A stretch of 59,213 nucleotides of DNA, filler included, from Platydemus manokwari (GCA_037951405.1; 5 parts of 5 records of this genome joined end to end with filler, not necessarily neighbours in it), one strand, 5' to 3'. Shown: positions 1 to 15,052, numbered from the whole stretch's first letter. Numbers and translations: made by a program. The notes: generated by a model not told the origin, from the sequence alone.

Positions 1-74
1 TTTGTTTGAAAAAAAATTTGATAAAAACAATTAAATTATATTTCGATAAATATCAACAACATATCATTGATAAT

Positions 75-1157
75 ATGGATAAAGATGAAGTGATATCAAA
101 TGCTTTGGCACAAATGGATAATCAAATATTAAATACATGGAAATTATATTCTAAAGTTGGAAGCGGATCTTTCGGTGAAGTATATTTAGGAGTATGTAAT
201 GAAAGTAGAACAAGAGTTGCAGTGAAAATAGTTTTACTAAAATCTGATAAGAATCTTTATCATAAAGAACTTCGAGCTTATGATAGATTGAAGGTTTTTT
301 ATTTAATTCGCCTGTCATACATGTAACGAATATTATTTAGAACGGTGTTGGAATACCAGAATTGATCTGGCATGGATATGAATGTGAAGCCAAATTTATG
401 GGAATTTTAGTCATGCAACTTTTAGGACCAAGCTTACGTAATTTACTGGATCAATGTAACGGCCAGTTCACATTGAGAACAGTTTTGGCTTTGGCAGATC
501 AAATGATAACGAGATTGGAGTTCATTCATTCCAATGATATCATTCATCAAGATATCAAACCAGATAATTTTACCATAGGATTAGGTCCTCTACGTAACAC
601 AGTCTATCTTATTGATTTTGGATTGTCTAACATATACAGGTGGGAAAGAATTGTCGATGTTTGATTAATAAAATTGATTTAAACAAATAGAAATTCGGAA
701 ACCAGAGCACATATAACAGAAGAATCAAACCTGGGTTTGATAGGATCACTGAAATATTCCAGTGTAAATTCCCAAAATGGTAACAGACAATCACGACGTG
801 ATGATTTAGAATCACTCGGTTACACACTGATACTATTTCTCAAAGGTCGCTTGCCATGGAGTGAACTTAAGGTGATATAAAAATTGTCGTTAACTATAAG
901 ATTGAAATTTATAATTCTAGTCGGATGAAATCATGAGCAGAAGAGATAAAGTTATGAAAACCAAATCATCGATACCGATTCGAAAGTTATGTAAAAATTT
1001 ACCGGAAGAATTCAGAAAATACATGGACTATTGTCGGCGATTGAAATTTGAAGAAAAACCAGATTATGAATATTGTCGAGAGATTTTCAAGCATTTATAC
1101 ATAAAGTCGCGTTTTAATCCCAAATGTTCCTTCGATTGGGCTCATAGACGAAAATAA
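75..1157 (+). CDS. Casein kinase 1 family Ser/Thr kinase, divergent, 4 exons
   Basis: Exons 75-293, 341-639, 691-871, 921-1157 with GT-AG introns of 47-51 nt splice into one frame. Motifs: VGSGSFGEVY, VAVK, GVGIP, LVMQLLGPSL, HQDIKPDNF, LIDFGLS, QSRRDDLESLGY, LPW, L-x-FEEKPDY, FDW. Confidence 0.93.
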
Positions 1158-3720
1158 CATAAATCATCAATACCAAAAGATGTAGAGTTAAACACAGTTA
1201 TCACTAGAGAATGAGCGAATTTGTTACAGATTTTTATCAATGCATTTTTTTTACCGAAGATTTTTTTTAATTTATGCTTATTGTTTGAGATTTATCATTA
1301 AATATAATGCAGTTCAAATAACTTAAAATATGGCCGTACGGTTTCTATTTATTTACTTTTTAATGTTTCTCGCATTATTCCAGTTTTAAATTATCACTCT
1401 ATTCTTTCCTCAAATGGACCCAGATTATACATGTTATTGATTTCTATAGATTTTCATGTAAGATATACCTAATATCTGAATATTACGTCATACCATAATC
1501 AGGAAAATCTCATCATAATAAATTTATAAACTAGATCTATCAATAAGAGAAGATTACACACCTACGAATAATGCAACGTAACCTATAGTAACTCGAATCG
1601 AAGTTAGCTGTTATTTATCAGAATCATCTATTTTGAATGAGTTGGTTCGTTTCTCAGAACAATAACGACTGAATTATACATCGCATTGATTCGTTAATCA
1701 TTGGGGAGATGATAAATAAACAAAATGACTCGAAATAGATGATTAAAATTTCAATCGACATGGTCTTTATCAAATGACAAAGAGATGCATTAGCTAAAAT
1801 AATATGTAAAACGAAAGGCACCCTATCAATTCTTTCAAATCAGTAAACTTTAAAACTAAATATGATTATTAAATATTAAAAAGATTATACTTTGCATGAT
1901 ATAAAAATTGAACATATCGAATGGCGAAATCCTACAATAACTACTCATCTGTGCAAAAACCTGAGAAATGACTGAGGTCTGTTGGTTTGCGATTAAGCTG
2001 AAAATACGTCTAAGTACTAATATATAAAAGGCTGGTGTTTGATGGGACCATCTGTTGATGATAAATCGATTATGACCGGTCGTGAGTTTGACTTATTTGA
2101 CAATCAAAGAGTTGGGAATATCTATTTATCTTTCATATTGAGAAATATATGACTGAATTCAACTTGAAGGATTTCAAGTATTATATTTATAGATTGTCAT
2201 TACGCAAGAATCATGTACACTTCGTAGCATTCATGATTCATAGAATTGAGACCTCAGTTTCGTTCGTTTGTGTTTTTCTAACTATCTGATTTGTAGGTTA
2301 GATCGGACAAGTCGATTTCATTGCTATCTGTAAAGCCGGAAATCCAAAAGGTAATGAGAGTTAGCATTGCCTTCTGTAGTACGATGAGCATAAAGAATTT
2401 TATCAGTCGGTATGACCTTACGCTTTTAAAGAGACCTTAAATGTCTGATTAGAGTGTTATCATAGATTTCCGTATTGCCAGTGAAGAAAAGAGTAATATT
2501 CCGATATGAAAGTGATAATAATAATTATTCCTTTGAAGAATACTTTCGAAATATTGTTCTTATTAATAAGGTTTGCTGCTACTGTAAATAGTGGATTAAA
2601 TATCGATAATACATCCAAAGCAGGAATGTAAATTGAATCAAAAATAATTACTATTGGATAATAATAACAATTTTTGTGTAATTATTATTATTATTATTAT
2701 GTCGATATGCATATGTCGATCGGAGCTTTGTTGTCAAGGTTATGATTTCACGAATATCGTTAGAAACTTTTAATTTATTTTTAATAGTGAATTGAAAAAA
2801 ACAATCACAATTTTTCTTAATGTGACATACTTAAAATTAACCGATATTTTCTAATTATTATATTACTAATCTGAAAAAATGAAATATCTAATTCAATTAT
2901 CTTCATACAAGGCGTTTTCTTATTTTCTAACACATTGTAAACATTCAATTCAAAAAGTCCATCACTGGGCCAATAGGAACCAGCAGTGATCAAGTATCTC
3001 TACAAACCGCAAAACAACACACGCAGAGCCATTTTTCCTAACTGCTTCAGATTAAAAAAAATATACATTTGTTTATCTGCTTTGAATAAAGTCAAACTCA
3101 TTTCTTTAACGTTAATATTTATCACAAAATTTAGTTGATGAATCATGAAGGCTTTTTTTGATAAACATTTTCTCTGACTGTTTCGATTCGATCAGGTCGT
3201 TATTTTGATTGCAGGTCGAAAATATGATTATTTGAAACATAGATTTAAATCTGCGATTAAATTAGCTTTAGAATTTAACTTTCATTTGTTAATCACAATT
3301 TTCTCGTTTTTCCCAAAAATTTTTCAATTACGTCAAAAATAAAATACAAATAAATCATTTTTAAAAATATTTTATCGCAATGTAATGTTTTTATTTTTGA
3401 TTGGAAATTTGTTAAGGTTATTTTTTTAATTAAAAGCTCTAGTTAAACAAAACAAAATGTTCAGATAAAGTCGAGTTATTTTTATAGTCGTCACATTTTG
3501 TTCGAAAAGCTTTTGTAACATTAATCCCGTTGAATTTATCGAGCTATCGACTGAGTTTGCCTGTGTTTATTTTTTGAAAGGTCAAAATTTGGATACTTGA
3601 TACAGTTTCTAACTCAAAAAGTTGATATTTTGAGTCATTTTTTTTATAAAATGTTACATGTATTGTTGTAATAACCAATCTAGTGCCAAGCTACTAAAAA
3701 CTCTCTTTACTTTATTGTGG

Positions 3721-3747
3721 TATATATATATATATATATATATATAT
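3721..3747. repeat. (TA)n microsatellite
   Basis: Direct reading of an uninterrupted TA run. Confidence 0.95.
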
Positions 3748-6700
3748 TCGTGCGTACTGCGTGGGTGGATCACAATTTATCTTCAATACACCAGACAACT
3801 GATCTTGTACGACTTCTAGAAGCAGTAAAAAGATAAAACTAATTTTCCATCATATTTATAATAAAGAAAAGTTCATTATTGTTAGAAAATTTTATTTGAT
3901 AAAATATGGGCTAAAAATTTTGGAATTGCGTAAAAAATGGGTTATTGTGGATGTATAATACGACAATAAATTAATAATTGAATAACTTGAAAAATTTAAG
4001 ATAAGAATTGAAAAATAATGCTCGGTTATGGTCCGTTATTATTTTATGCAATAATTTTTCAGATCAATACTTTCATTCGACAGTATTTCACTCTAAATTT
4101 GATTTAGACCAAATACATATTTATAGACGGTGATCGGATTATTAATGTGACTGGAGAACAGGGGCCTCGAATTAAATTAGCAAATTCAATTTTAATTAAA
4201 CGATGTGATAACATGATTTAGAAGTTGGATCGTCACTAATAATGAGAACGGTTAAATCGATCTTTGAAGCTTGAAATACATAATAGCCTAATAATTTAAT
4301 CAATTTTCTGAACATTAGCAGATTAGTAAGTTTTGTTCTGTAAATATAAATACGGTAAAAAATCTGAAAGTATGCCATAAGATTTAATAAAGAGCAATAT
4401 GATACACTGAAAATAACTAAAATTAACAAGTATAGTATTATGTCGAGTATGTAAGATTCTCGTAGAAATAGCTTCAGCAGACACATTGGAACCTCTGTTT
4501 TGACATTTTATATACATGTACCTATACAGTCACACAAGCACAATAACTGATCAATCAAAAACATCATGGAATGATGATTTTAATTTGGTAAAAATTTTTG
4601 AATACATAACGACCAATGACTGTATATTAACCAATCCAATCATGGCGAATAAATGCACTCAATTGTAATTGACTCGTTGTCTTTGTATCGATTAATCCCC
4701 TTATGCTCATTATCAGGTTAACAGTGAAGTGAAATTTATTCAATATATTACGAAAACCACAAAAAAGGCCAAATAACACTCAAAGGGTTTGACACACGGA
4801 GATCATTTAATCAATTCGATTTTTTTCATATCTGAATTTGTTTTTTATTGTTTTAATAAACCGTCACCATATTACTGTTATTCTAATGAGTACAACCCAA
4901 TTTTTTTAAACCCATTTCATTTTAAAGTCTAAATTAATGTATCTAATCGATAAATGTACCATTATAACTCTTATATTACCATTGTAATATTTATAAGCTC
5001 AGATATCTACAGTAACGAGCTAACTATATGATTTATAATATTACACTTTTAGATTTTACGTGCTATAGTAGTCGTGCTGATCTAATGTTCATTTAATTTA
5101 TTATCACCCTATGCACCCATCACCACCACACATTATATATATAAACAAATAAAATCACATGAAATCGTCAAATTTAGAAATTTACAAAAGCAAAAATAAT
5201 GTACAGAAATAAATCAGCAGTTCATTAGAAAAGATGCCTATCACTGCTGATAATTTGCCATATATTAATCGCGATGGGTTTGTCATGGAGAATTAAGATT
5301 AAGATGTAGTTACATTACAGTTTCTAAGGCAACTGGGATTTTTCAACAGCTGGTGTCGGAGTTGTTACAGTAATAACCAACAATATTAGAATGACGAGCA
5401 AAATAGAAAGCCGAAGAGAAAAACAACTGTTCAAGAGTGTGATTAATCGATCATCACTCTTATTCAAAGCACGAAAAACACAAGCAATTGATACATTGTA
5501 ATTTGACTTACATAATTATATCCCGGAAGAACATTAAATCAATTAGATTGCTAAAGTAGAATAAATTCAAATATCGAAGCATCTGTTGACACCTGACAAT
5601 AATAGAAAGAATCTATTTAGAATGGTTATTTACCTTTTAAAATATAATATTTATAATAAATTTTAATGTGAATGAAACCATGTTACTTTTATTGTGCACC
5701 AAGCACAATCAATCTCTGTCGTGAACATATCATTTTTACACTCTATTTAGACATAGAGGTTTGGTCAATTTTTCACACGAGAGGCAATACAAATAAAATT
5801 AGTATTGCTTATTTGTCGATTAGAATGTATTATTATTATTGTATTAAGTTATCAGTCATCACTTCAGTATTGATAAAAGTCTTCACTTGATTGATTGTAT
5901 TCGTTTTATCGACATATTCAAATCGAAGCAATGGATAGTTATTAAAACCACGCGAAAGAATACAGATTCTTTTGATGAAATTTCGTCAAATCATTCATAC
6001 AAATTGTTCGTCAAGTACAATATTTGACTCCATTAATCGAATACTCATTGTTTCTACATATCGCTGATCAAGCACATTTTTTCAATATAATATTGGTGGC
6101 ATTGCTTTACGTATAATAGAGTAGCTATTATAGTAGCGGTCCGGTAGACAATTCGGAGACGATCAATTACAAAGGATAACGCAATAACTTCATAAACCAA
6201 TTAACAAAAAGTTGAAATGAGAAAAATTGCTAAAATTGTAACCTGCGTTACGTAATTACTAATCCGAGAAATAACAAAAAAATTAAAAATCAATAAAAGC
6301 TTAACAATAAAATCATGACAAGCTAATTATTTTAAAATATTTTTACAGTTTACAAACTCGTCATACCGTATTTTAATTAATCCACTAATTAGACATCGGG
6401 AAACTTCTAATTACATTCGTTCATTAATTAGATAATGAAATGGACACAATATTTTCAGAATAATATCGTTGCATTTCATTATTTCTAGTCCAATATTATA
6501 TATTAACAGATAATTTAAATTTAACATGTTAATGTGTGCAGGAGTATTGCAATGGTGATAATTTACTTACCTGCAAAGAATAACATAAACGCTTCTGGAT
6601 GACTGATAATCACAAATTAAATATCTTCTTCGATTCGAATGCGTTGATAGATAACAATTTAATTGTTTCTTTTTATAAATGCACGTTCAATGTCAGATAA

Positions 6701-9700
6701 CTTTGTCAGATTTGCTAAAATAGTGTTCAGTGTCTTCTGAATTTTCTTTATAAAATAAATTTTCAGCATTTTCTTTAAATTTTTGTGCGAATAATGAATG
6801 CGCTACTACTTATATGTGATCAGATGTTTCTTTGATAATTGCGTCAGTTACTAAATTTAGCAACATTTTACTGTCCGTTTATATCTTGATTAGCCTATTT
6901 TAGCAATAACAATTTTATAGATGAATTATAGATCAATTCATTTTCTAAAGTTAAAGAATTTGACCCATTAAAACAATTTTTTTAATTTCTTTTTTGTGCC
7001 TAGCATATTTCATTTTAAAATAATAATTGTTTTGTTTTAATAGTTATATTTTATAATATTTTTACTTATTCGTTTCTAGTACCGGATTTTTTATATTATA
7101 TTTTATGTAGAGTTTTGCTAGATTTAAATTTTTTAATTTAATATTTTAAATTTTTGATTAAACATAACGAGATAAAGTTACCTCCATGTTCATAATAATA
7201 CCTTCTATTGAGTTTTATTTATTGCATCTCACTGTGTCTTATAAAGACCTAATTTATCAGAAAGCCTAGGACTTCACAAACTCACCAAATGGAATTAATG
7301 GCATTTGACTGCATCCAAATATGTAAGTGTGTAAGACCAAAATTAGACAAACTTTAAAAGTAATTGAAAATAATGCAATACAAATTCATTAAATGAAATA
7401 ACTCTATATCATGAACCTTCAATTAATCGTTGAAAATAAAATTGAATCGTTGAATACTGAAAAGCTAATTTCTGGTTCATCTACGCTTATAAGTATTTTG
7501 ATAAGTTGTCATGATGCATGGAGTTTCTACTGGAAATTTATTGATCGTTTATTTTTATATAAAAACTGTGCTATCCACAATTCTGATTGATTAATTCCTA
7601 ATAAAGGGTCTTTTGTCTAAATCACGATGAAGTTATAAAACTTGAAGCATTGAATTCAGATTTCTAGTGTGAGTTCTTTGATTATTTATCATTTGTTTCC
7701 TTATTATGGTTATTTTTCAATTTTCCAACAACTGTTGCTCTGAGTCTGAATTAATTTTCTAAGTTTAATTTTGAACTTATCATGAATATTTACCAGATAG
7801 ACATTACAATATTTGTGGTTTATTTTAGCAGCGCTAATAATTATTAATTAAGTATTTACTATTTGTTCTTTGTGAACGTTTTTACAAACAATGCTGTGGG
7901 TGTTTATCATTCAAGTATATTATTAGACAAACTTAATTTCCATAATTAAACTAACTGAAGAACCCAACATATTTCCATCTTTTAAATTGTCAGTGGAAAC
8001 AGAAGGCCATCACAAATGTTAGTTAAGAAATCAAATAACTGAAGTCTTTTATCATCCTTCACTTAAAATAACAATAGTAAGTTTAATTTTATTAACAAAA
8101 TTGATTTTATAGATTTGTTATTTCGATTCAAGATGATTACTTTGAAATTATAAATTATTTTATCATTTATATATTTAAATTATTATATTTAACGAATGCA
8201 TGAAGTCAGATCACCGCTATCATATAGAAATCGCACGAAAACCTTAATATCCCGAGCTTAATACATAATAAATATGTCAAAGGATTAAAAATGTTAACAC
8301 ACTAGTATAAATAGGTTGAACATACCATTTATTGGATATTTATTTATAGCAACTGGTAATATTATCAAAATTCAAGTTAGTGAATCCTATCGCATGTCTA
8401 ATAAGTTCCATCATAGAAAGTATTGAACAGTCTGGGTCATTTTCCGAGTTAGTTAATTGGGCGTGCAAATCACAAATGAACCAAGTCGACAATTAATCTT
8501 TAGTTTTTGGATTCGAAAATTCAGAATTAACAATCAATGAAAAACTTCTTTGGGAACTTATAGTAAAAGTATGTAAGCATGGATTTATACTAACCCCTTA
8601 AATAATATTTAAATGAAATTAGATTTATCAAATAACAATAGAAACGTGTCATGTTACAAAAATTAATTTAAAATTTAAAAGTAACAAATCAAAAACGAAT
8701 AGAATTAATTAGAAGAATTTAACTTAATCAATGAAAAACTCAATTATCACCAAACAATTACTCAAATGTTGTAATCGATGTCTTATTCATCTGGAAAGTA
8801 TTGCAGAAATGTATGAAAAGACATGAATAAATTTAATTTTTTTTAATCAAGAAGTATAAACAATCATATGAACCTTGGAAAAAAGTCTATTTGAATTTTA
8901 TGATAGCGTTGAAATGCTAAGATTCCAAAAATTAATTTGGCAAAATCAGACACTAAGAATTTCCAAAGATTGTCCTAGCAATCACAATTTGCTTTTGTTT
9001 TCAATATTAGAACAAATGTTTTGGAAAAATAAGAGTTGTACAGAATTTGAGCTTAATATGCATAAACAATGCAGTATCAATATGAATTTTCAAAATACAT
9101 GGATAATAAATAATTTCCTTTGATATCAATCGAAGTTGGATTTTGAAGTTTTTTGAATTTTCTGAAAGTTCAATTAAATTTGAATGTAATTTTATTAATT
9201 AATAGTAACTATAGTTACGAATCTCAAAATATGCTAAAAATATATGATTTCGAACTTTCGAACATTACAGACAAATGAGTGTTGTGATCGATATATTTAG
9301 GAAAATGAAATGAAAGCAAAAGGGGCAATACCAAGTTTTACTCCGTACACGATACTCTTCGAAAATAGATAATCGAAAATCCAAAGCGGAAGGAATAGAT
9401 CAAGATGGCAATAATTCTAGCAATGGCGGTTATTTAAAACTTATAATTTTATTAAAACAATCAGTGAATTATTATAAGTTGCTATTATTTAATGAAGAAC
9501 TTATTGAAATCTAACAGAGAATCACGAAAAAAATTAATTTATACCACAATTACTTAAAGAAATTAACATTTTATTAAAATATAATTTTAAAATCTTTCAA
9601 ATATAATTCATTTTAAAATCCTCACAATTATTTTAAAAGAAAAAATAATGTCTGCGCTCAAAGGGGAAATTTCCGACCAAATATTTGAAACAAATTCGAA

Positions 9701-9744
9701 TATAATGATCACCTGTGTGAAAATAAGAATCTAAACCTTTTGAT

Positions 9745-9990
9745 TTCAAAACTATGGTGGTATTGACATATGCGATTCGGTATTTATACCCCTATTTATG
9801 GGATTACATTGACATGGTTCTTAATCACAAATTATTGATTGTCATAATGAGTTGAGCTGATTTGTGTGATCAGAATAAGGATTGCTACGGATTGATGATG
9901 GCTTGCATTTCGAATCTATGATTTTCCCACAAAACAAGAAATTAATGATGTATTTGATAATTTATGGGCTGTTTATCGACAGAACTGTCA
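9745..9990 (+). mobile_element. Possible piggyBac transposase C-terminal remnant
   Basis: Broken peptides GGIDICD and QIIDCHNE..DLCDQNKDCYG resemble the piggyBac YN..MGGVD..DQ...Y motif; heavily frameshifted. Confidence 0.3.
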
Positions 9991-10499
9991 TTTGAATGTT
10001 ATTCGAGTTGGGTCGGGCTCCAACAAAAGTATTAATCACCAAAGATTTTCACCTAATCACACTGTTTTCTTTGTTGAACTGAAAACAAAAATTATTTTTA
10101 ATAAATCTTTCTTGTGGTGACGGTGAGCTCTGTTTTATATTTGTTTCATATGTTTTCAGTCAGATTGGAACTTTTCAGTCATTCATTTCTTTATATTTAA
10201 CAGAGATGTGCATGACTTGAATATAATCACATAATCGAAGGACCATCAAAGAGCAGAAATATCATCTCAAACAATCTTTCAACTATTAAATGGCTATCTG
10301 CGAGACTTTTTCAATTGTCTTTGATAAAATTAATTATTTATTTATGTGACTGTCAAATTTATTGTGATACTAGTAAACATATTAATATACCGATATTGAT
10401 TTATGCACAGTTCTAGGAATTTCACAAATCATAATTTAATATTTTGAAGTAATGTTTTAATTTCTTTTTAATCTGAAAATTATTGTTGACTATATTCAT

Positions 10500-10823
10500 A
10501 TCATAATCAGGCCACAAGATGTCAATAAAGTCAACTTCACCCCGTGGATTCCTTTGAATGAAAAACGTCCAAAAATGTAATTGGAGATATTCCATGGTAC
10601 CCCATACGTACTTTCAAAAGTCAATAAAGTCAACAATATCAACACGTTGCAATGAAATCATATCAATTGCTAATTGCAGCCGACTTTGAAATTTCTTCTT
10701 TGATGTAAAGCCTGTTGCAGAATTACACAAGACACATCAGCTGAAGTAGAACACAGCTATTCTATTCTGAACAAATTGTCACTCAATGTGGTAGTTTTAC
10801 AATGCAAAGCTAGATGAGAAACA
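10500..10823 (+). mobile_element. hAT transposase C-terminal (dimerisation) remnant
   Basis: TSAEVEHSYSILNKL at about 10735-10780 matches the hAT TS..VERSFS motif; flanking frames are broken. Confidence 0.4.
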
Positions 10824-10825
10824 TA

Positions 10826-11049
10826 CATGATGACCGAAAAGTCGGTTTACAGTGATCACGTAGACTATTTATCTGATAATTCGTTACTAGGACAGCGGGA
10901 AATTCATCATACCTGTCAACATAAACAATTTAATCTCTCAGATGCTCAATATATCTTCCTTCAACATTGCAACATTCTTCAAGCCTCTCCAGGACATCCT
11001 GACAGACACACACCCTTAATTAACTGTAAACCTTCTTTTGGGCCACCTG
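10826..11049 (-). mobile_element. Non-autonomous Tc1/mariner deletion derivative (MITE-like, 224 nt)
   Basis: Imperfect terminal inverted repeats (CATGATGACCGAAAAGTCGGTTTACAGT versus CAGGTGGCCCAAAAGAAGGTTTACAGT read inward from the right end). TA on both flanks (10824-25, 11050-51). Minus-strand peptide QDVLERLEECCNVEGRYIEHL is typical of mariner transposase C-termini. Confidence 0.75.
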
Positions 11050-13151
11050 TATTTTGGATATTAGTAAAATTGTAAATTAAAAGAACTAACTCGGTCTATT
11101 AATAAAGGGGATAAAAATTTTGGAAAGTAGGCTATTTTTATTTAAACCTAATGTAGATAAAATGGTAGCGGTGAAGCAGTCTCATGTTTTGCATAAATAA
11201 ATTTGGTTTTTCAAAGTTTTTATTTATTAAAATTTTATACTGATTTTCGAGTTCTTGTGCAACTCTTGATATGGGCAAATCAATATTTATGATTACGACA
11301 CTGAAGTTATGATTTTATCGATCTATAATTTTATAATATTTTCAAAATTATGTGGCCCAGTGTGCAAACTACCAAGTTCATTAACGTTCAGATAATTAGT
11401 GGTCACCCACTTATGATTAACAAAATTGATCTCGAGAACTGAAGCATAATTCGACATTGGAAGAGTAACGGATGGTTTTTGGATGATTATTCAAAATTTT
11501 TTACAGTTTCAGAATTATTTTCAGATTTACCAAGATGGTGCTTTTGATGATTTTGTTCACAAAGCCTGCCTGAAATCAATATTTGAAATAATAACATCCG
11601 ATTTGTTTTATAAACTAATAGAAATATTCCTGACATGATTGAATAAAAATATTTTATCTTATTCATCAACAGTCGCTATAGTTAATGCGAACAGCTTTAT
11701 ATAAATTTAATTAAATAAGATTCAAACCGACAGAACATTTTTTCAATGATAAAACAAATTCCATAAATACTGAATCATATAGCATATCATCTGAAATGAT
11801 TATAGGATAAATGACGTCAGGATTCAGGATTAATTTCAAGAAAAATACAGGTGGTGTAAAATGTTTTGATAAAGGATTTGTTATCTTGATTTATTCCTGT
11901 CGACAAATATTTTCAACCGAATGACCTTATAATGTGGGTTTAAGCATTTTATATTTCATCTCTATATTTATTATGTAATAGCTACCTTGTTGAGATTTCA
12001 TAAAACGATTTTTTTTAATAGATTTCTTAAGTTCATCATCAAATCCATTTCTGTTTAAATTGATTTATTTCTCAACTACACTTAGCCGTATCAAAAATAA
12101 TTTAAAACCTTTTTAAAAATCTAATTAATTTTTGTTTTATTTTACATTTACTTGGAGGGCGAGTAAATTGATAAAAATTCGAAGAATTTAAGTTCAATAT
12201 ATTGGCTTGAAAGAAATTGGTACTGTCGGTTTTGAATGAATTGATTTCAAGTGCCTTTCACCTTTATAAATTTCCATTGAAAAAAAAATCGATATGTTCT
12301 CGATTAGTAATTATTTTTGTTTATTTTTGTTGAGGCTAAAAACAATATAAAATCACATGGTTTTGGAGGAGCAAGTGATATTAGAATTTTTCAATTAATT
12401 CGAACGAAATTTGTCAGTGTTATATTGTGAATAAAATTACATTTAATCTCGTCATATGATTTGATAAATAAATGATATATGCTGGTTTTCTGTTTTGATC
12501 TTGTGACATTTTCAAATCTTTATACTTCCGACAGACTGGTTTCGCAGTTCTCACTTATAAATCAAAATCTAATAGAACCACTAAACCGATATTTAATAAT
12601 TTGCTTAGGAGTAGATTCGAACCCAAGGTCACTTTATTGAACTTTATGATTATCTATCAAAATATATCAGTATTCACAGATCAATTATATTTTGATTTCT
12701 ATCTAGATATTCGCAAAATTATTTTTCTATGACAATTAATTTAAATATTCATTGAATTACAACAAAGATTGTCTTATTATTTCAATGAAAGGACGACTTA
12801 ATAGCTACAACTTTTGAGGGAATTTCATTTTTATTTGACTATCTTTATCATTTAAGTGGGACATGGATAGTTTCATGTTATCAAAAGTTTATGAGCATGA
12901 ATGTTTATCATATTCCTGTTCGAATGTCGTTGTGGAAACGCTTATTAACCACGAATTAACAGAATTATAAATGTTATTGGTTCTATAAGATAAATAATTC
13001 GAGTACATTATTTATCTTATCGAACCAATAACGTGTATAATCATGAATAAGTACATCCAGAATTAACTGACGTAGAAAACAAATTTTAATAAAAAAAACA
13101 ATATAACAGAGATATTAAAATAATTATTTACAGAAAATATTTATGCGACAG

Positions 13152-14548
13152 CTACACTTCACTACACATGCCAGTCTCGTTCGGTTCTATTGCAGCTTTT
13201 GATGACAAGGAACTACTGATCTGATCTAAACTGGATTCGGACAGAGATCTTGATAATGTCGATCGATTCAGATTGAGTATATCGGGTACTTTGAGAAAAT
13301 TCAATTTGTCCACATTGGTATTTGAAAATCCCTTTTCATATGAATTGAAAAATGCCATTTTCTCATCGTTTGGATCGTGAAATGTCACGAGTTTTCCAGA
13401 TTTTCTATTGTTGATCATTTGTAAACTTCTATAGGAATCGGAAATCTCATTAATCTTATTGATGCCATTGTCTGAAATTGAAGCAGAAGTTCGATACATT
13501 GCATCGAGTTCGGGATTTCGATTGTCAACCATGTTGATTGATGATGACTTACTGGTATTAGTATTATTTTCATCGTAATCTTCGGATATTGTTGGAATCT
13601 GAGCAATGGGGCTTTGTAAGTAGACATAATTTTGATAATTATTTCCATAGCAACCATTATCCCCAGAAGGACCATCATTGAGACGACCCGTTCCTCGTCC
13701 GGACGAATGAGATGAGGATGTACTAAGAGTAATATTGTTATGAAAACATCCATAAATGGTGTCCGGTGATCCACCATATTTATTTCCATGATCACTGATG
13801 CGAGTCGTACTTTGAATGACACCTTGGAAGTCAAAATGAAAAACCCATCTGTTCTTAATGGAAAACGTAAACCAAACAAGAAATTGTAAGACATTAGTCA
13901 CAATACCGAATATTATCGCCACTAGAAATATCGGTGTATGGAAGAGTTGAAAACTATTGTAAAAAGCTACAAATATCAGCGAATCAATGATCAGTGTGAT
14001 GAATAGCAATGTGAAACCAACAGCAATCACCGAAAAAACCCAAATATTCTTTTTCATATTGGTATAATTTATGCATCCATAGGTTTTAAAACCCCTTAAC
14101 CAACCAATTGCTGATTGTGTCTGGCCATAATCAAATACCGCGATGAATCCCAAAAACGCTAAAAGAAAATGGATGCCCACAAGACTCAACATGGTTGGAT
14201 ATTGAATCTGATTTGACATTTTCTTAACCACGTCTAACGAACCCGCATTTCCCGAGCTTTTAATGAAAATCGATCCGGCTTCGTATATAAGCAACCAAGT
14301 AAAACAATGAACGAAAATAATGATAGAATATAAAATGGAAAACCATTTATGAGAATACCAAAGCACGTTTGGCAATCTTATTAGAAACAGTAGAGCCGCA
14401 ACAGAAAAGTTGATAAATTCCAAGCTCAAGGCGCTTGTTTTCGTTACGTAATGGATGTTATTTAATAAATGACCCTTTGGTAACGAATCCGTAAACGACC
14501 AGCTGAAATGATCCGAAAAGAAGTCAAAATTTATGATCCAGATGGAAT
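13152..14548 (-). CDS. tinc: Tincar-like multipass membrane protein, terminal exon (5' exons not found in the window)
   Basis: Acceptor TATTTTAG at 14549-14556, then an open frame SIWIINFDFF...SLEFINFSVAALLFLIRLPNVLWYSHKWFSILYS resembling Tincar (SxEFxNxxxALxxxxxRYPxVFWxxxKxF). Several hydrophobic segments are followed by a Ser/Asn-rich tail. Confidence 0.75.
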
Positions 14549-15052
14549 CTAAAATAAATATTACAAATCAATATTATTATTGATTATATTCTAAAAATAA
14601 TAAAACATATTTTAAATAATAGATTAAGCAATAATTACGAAATCATTTGATTGCAGCAATGAACAGTTTGAGTATTATAGAGGTTTAATAGCAATTTCAA
14701 CAAATAATTCACCTATAGACTAACTATATAATGGTTTCCAATGACTCATCATTTCATAATTCGCTCATTGGTGGATTCGAAGCCATGATCGTATCACTCA
14801 CATTCACCATCACCTGGTAAAATTTGATTTTATTTTCATATCAACATGCACTTCACAATCAATTCAAATTGTCATTATTTTGTTTGAAATATGTGTGCCA
14901 CATTTAATTTACTACCGAAAACATATGTTTGGGACGATCACAAGTGATTGAGTAATTTTTCTGGTGGAATTGATTAATAGGAACTGAGGTTCATTTCAAA
15001 ATACCCATACCATTTTTTAAGTATTCCTTGTTTATCGAGAAGAGCTTGTATT

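Noticed and set aside
1350-2640. Slightly GC-richer stretch that looks like decayed coding sequence
   Set aside because: No motif I could assign in any frame.
13415-13894. 159-aa ORF overlapping the Tincar-like exon
   Set aside because: Alternative-frame shadow with no recognisable features.
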